Assembly: GCA_015655485.1 (NCBI GenBank)
Contig: JAATEZ010000244.1
Span: 1 to 27,585, forward strand
Reading direction: 5' to 3'
Length of the DNA stretch: 27,585 nt
Origin: Lactobacillales bacterium
GTDB taxonomy: Bacteria; Bacillota; Bacilli; Lactobacillales; Vagococcaceae
This document shows, piece after piece, positions 25,052 to 27,585 of this stretch. The number at the start of each line of letters is the position of its first letter. The first letter of the stretch is position 1. The notes beneath the pieces were generated by a model. That model had not been told where the DNA came from, made no database searches, and saw only the letters and a program-made list of their open reading frames with translations. A program made the translations under genes and the position numbers.

Positions 25052-26227
25052 TTATTTGCGTTTTTTTTTGCCGCTAGTACCAAACGCATCCTTCATTTTA
25101 TCAAAAAAACCTTCATCTTGTTCCTCAACTTTATCTCCGCCAGCTTTAGCAAAATCCCGCAAAGTTTTCTTTTGCGTCTCACTTAGATTTCGTGGTGTGA
25201 TCAAATTAACTGTGACTTGCTGATCGCCGTAACTGCTTCCTCTTAAACGAGGCGCGCCCTTGCCGCGCAAGCGGAAAGTCGTTCCAGTCTGAGTTCCGGC
25301 AGGAATTTTTAATTTAACTTTGCCATGAACTGTAGGTACCTCAACTTCATCTCCCAGTGCTGCCTGAATAAAACTAATAGGCAGTTCATAAAAGATCTCA
25401 GCACCATCCCGATCAAAAATATCACTTTCTTCTACACGAAATACCACATATAGATCGCCATAAGGTCCGCCATTAGTCCCGGCTTCGCCTTGCCCGGATA
25501 AACGCATCTGCTGACCATCTTCAACTCCAGCAGGAACTGTCACTTTGACTGAGTGAGCACTTTTTGTTCTCCCTGTCCCATGACAAGTCGGACAAGCTTC
25601 TTTGATTTCTTGACCGGTACCGTGACAGACATCACATGTCTGGCGGCTCATAACCCGGCCAAGGGGTGTCTGTCGCTGAACATTGATCGTACCTGCACCA
25701 TGACACTTATGACAAGTTTATGGATGAGTGCCAGGTTTTGCCCCATTCCCGCCACAAGTTTTGCAAGTATCTTCACGATTATATTTTACATCCTTGTTTG
25801 TTCCGAAAACAGCCTCTTCAAAGTTTAAATCTAACGAATATTGTAAATCCGATCCTTGTCTTGGAGCATTCGGATTGCTGGTACGATCGCCGCCGCCGAA
25901 GAAAGATTCAAAAATATCTTCAAACCCGCCAAAGCTGCCGCCGCCAAACCCGCCGGCTCCACCAAAACCACCACCACTAAAACCGCCGCCAGCTCCAAAA
26001 TTAGGGTCTGTGCTGGCATGACCATATTGATCATAGGCCGCTCTTCTTTGTGCATCACTTAAAACTTCATACGCTTCAGAAATTTCTTTAAACTTCTCTT
26101 CAGCATCCGGAGCTTTATTGACATCCGGATGAAACTGTTTAGATAACTTACGATAAGCTTTTTTGATTTCGTCGTCAGAAGCGCCCTTGGACACACCCAA
26201 AACTTCATAATAATCTCTTTTCGCCAT
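25052..26227 (-). pseudogene. dnaJ: Chaperone DnaJ, full-length frame (391 codons) interrupted by one in-frame TAA at 25720-25718
   Basis: J-domain with HPD and a G/F region, then [50 protein letters not shown]. The two track ORFs are in the same frame, and all four CxxCxGxG repeats are present across the stop. Confidence 0.93.
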
Positions 26228-26342
26228 GGGTTTCCCTCCATTTTCTACGTTTCTCTATTCTGCTAAAAGAACCTAGTAAATCATATCATATTCTAAGCGA
26301 ATACTAAACTACTTTTTCTTAAAACAGTATTACTATGAGAAA

Positions 26343-26372
26343 AAAAGCCAAAAGCAAAGAGCCTTGGCTTTT
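26343..26372 (-). terminator. Hairpin/terminator between dnaK and dnaJ
   Basis: AAAAGCCAA (26343-26351) pairs with TTGGCTTTT (26364-26372), followed by a T-run on the minus strand. Confidence 0.7.
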
Positions 26373-26394
26373 CTCAAATTCCTACTTATCGACA

Positions 26395-27585
26395 TTACTT
26401 TTTATCATCATCGTCAACTTCCTCAAAATCAGCATCCACTACATCATCAGCTCCGCCTTGAGCCGCTTCTGGATCTGCCTGAGCTTGAGCTTGAGCAGCC
26501 TGTTCATATAATTTCACTGTTAAACTTTGAACGATCTCATTTAATGCATCACGTTTAGTTTTCATCAGCTCAATATCATTGGCTTCTACCGCAGCTTTCA
26601 ATTCATCACGAGCTTCTTCAGCCTTCTTAACTTCTGCTTCGTCTACCTTACCTTCTAATTCCTTTAAGGTCTTGTCGACGGTGAACAACAACGCATCCAC
26701 ATCATTGCGCAAATCAACTTCTTCTTTTCGTTTCTTATCAGCTTCTGCATTAGACTCAGCATCTTTGACCATACGATCGATTTCATCATCTGATAAACCT
26801 GAAGACGATTTGATCGTAATAGTCTGCTCTTTTGAGGTTCCTAAATCTTTTGCGCTAACATTAACGATCCCGTTTTTATCAATATCAAAACTTACTTCGA
26901 TCTGAGGAACTCCGCGTGGAGCAGCAGGAATATCAGTCAACTGGAATCTTCCTAAAGTCTTATTATCAGCTGCCATCGGACGTTCGCCTTGAAGTACATG
27001 GATATCAACTGCCGGCTGATTATCAGCTGCCGTAGAGAAGACTTGAGATTTACTCGTTGGGATCGTTGTGTTGCGGTCGATCAGCTTCGTAAATACTCCG
27101 CCCATGGTTTCTATTCCTAAAGATAACGGTGTAACATCTAGTAAAACGATATCTTTGACATCTCCGGTTATGACTCCGCCTTGGATAGCAGCTCCCATGG
27201 CTACTACTTCATCAGGGTTGACTGATTTATTAGGATCTTGATTCGTTTCCTTACGAACGGTTTCTACTACAGCAGGAATACGTGTTGAACCACCGACTAA
27301 AATCACTTCATCTATATCTGATTGAGACAATCCGGCATCTTTTAAGGCTTGACGAACAGGCCCTTTTGTACGTTCTACTAAATCAGCAGTGATCTCATCA
27401 AATTTAGCCCGAGTCAATGTTGTTTCTAAGTGCAAAGGCCCTGCTGCTCCAGCAGTAATAAATGGCAGGCTTATCTGCGTACTTGTTACACCTGATAAAT
27501 CTTTTTTAGCTTTTTCAGCGGCATCTTTTAGCCGTTGAACAGCCATCTTGTCATTTCCTAAATCAATGCCGTTTTCCTTTTTGAA
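26395..27585 (-). CDS. dnaK: Chaperone DnaK, 3' part (start lies beyond the window end)
   Basis: The frame is open to the edge ([24 protein letters not shown]...). Contains '[11 protein letters not shown]', '[13 protein letters not shown]', '[13 protein letters not shown]' and C-terminal '[10 protein letters not shown]'. Confidence 0.99.
   Translation of the reverse strand, partial: FKKENGIDLGNDKMAVQRLKDAAEKAKKDLSGVTSTQISLPFITAGAAGPLHLETTLTRAKFDEITADLVERTKGPVRQALKDAGLSQSDIDEVILVGGSTRIPAVVETVRKETNQDPNKSVNPDEVVAMGAAIQGGVITGDVKDIVLLDVTPLSLGIETMGGVFTKLIDRNTTIPTSKSQVFSTAADNQPAVDIHVLQGERPMAADNKTLGRFQLTDIPAAPRGVPQIEVSFDIDKNGIVNVSAKDLGTSKEQTITIKSSSGLSDDEIDRMVKDAESNAEADKKRKEEVDLRNDVDALLFTVDKTLKELEGKVDEAEVKKAEEARDELKAAVEANDIELMKTKRDALNEIVQSLTVKLYEQAAQAQAQADPEAAQGGADDVVDADFEEVDDDDKK

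Noticed and set aside
25651-25720. Frameshift or programmed frameshift in dnaJ suggested by the two track ORFs
   Set aside because: Both ORFs are in the same frame (66 nt apart) and the intervening codons encode the expected CHKCHGAG repeat. The break is a stop codon, not a shift.
25945-26000. GGN-rich low-complexity repeats in dnaJ
   Set aside because: These encode the normal Gly/Phe-rich linker of DnaJ.
2063-26227. Genome-wide reassignment of TGA or TAA
   Set aside because: Conserved genes end at their expected positions with TGA (dnaI, mvaD) and TAA (nrdR, mutM, polA, dnaK, dnaJ), and Trp is encoded by TGG, as in the DUF177 gene.
26228-26394. CIRCE element before dnaJ
   Set aside because: No TTAGCACTC-N9-GAGTGCTAA is present; only a terminator hairpin and a possible extended -10 (TGA-TATGAT, 26288-26280).
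2844-26905. Numerous short ORFs antisense to or nested in housekeeping genes (e.g. 4587-4820, 16792-17190, 17209-17715, 22161-22490, 22544-23059, 24289-24519, 26579-26905)
   Set aside because: They are shadow frames of well-supported genes, with no RBS or family motifs.

Overview
Low-GC Firmicute chromosomal window whose proteins and gene order resemble Enterococcaceae (inference). It is mostly housekeeping: the 5' part of a DUF177/YceD gene, an orphan ABC ATPase, a YbaK-family editing protein, polA-mutM-coaE-nrdR-dnaB-dnaI, an arginase-fold gene, DUF7662-MaoC-YccA, the lower mevalonate operon (mvk-mvaD-mvaK2-fni) preceded by a small membrane protein and a TctA-like permease, yigZ, uvrB-uvrA with an SOS box, a tail-anchored hypothetical protein, and dnaK(partial)-dnaJ. 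No integrase, transposase, cas, rRNA or tRNA gene was recognised. Three things stand out. (1) Two arrays of 120-122 bp hairpin modules (1197-1448 and 24570-24876) have a conserved 25-bp junction and covarying stems around a conserved GAG/CCGA internal loop. (2) Three genes are split by single in-frame stops rather than frameshifts: dnaJ (TAA), the hypothetical at 24128-24547 (TAA) and the arginase-like gene (TGA). Both TAA stops lie in the identical context CAT-CCA-TAA (His-Pro-stop). (3) An orphan TctA-like permease and an 80-aa membrane protein abut the mevalonate operon. All family assignments come from motif recognition and recall, not database searches.
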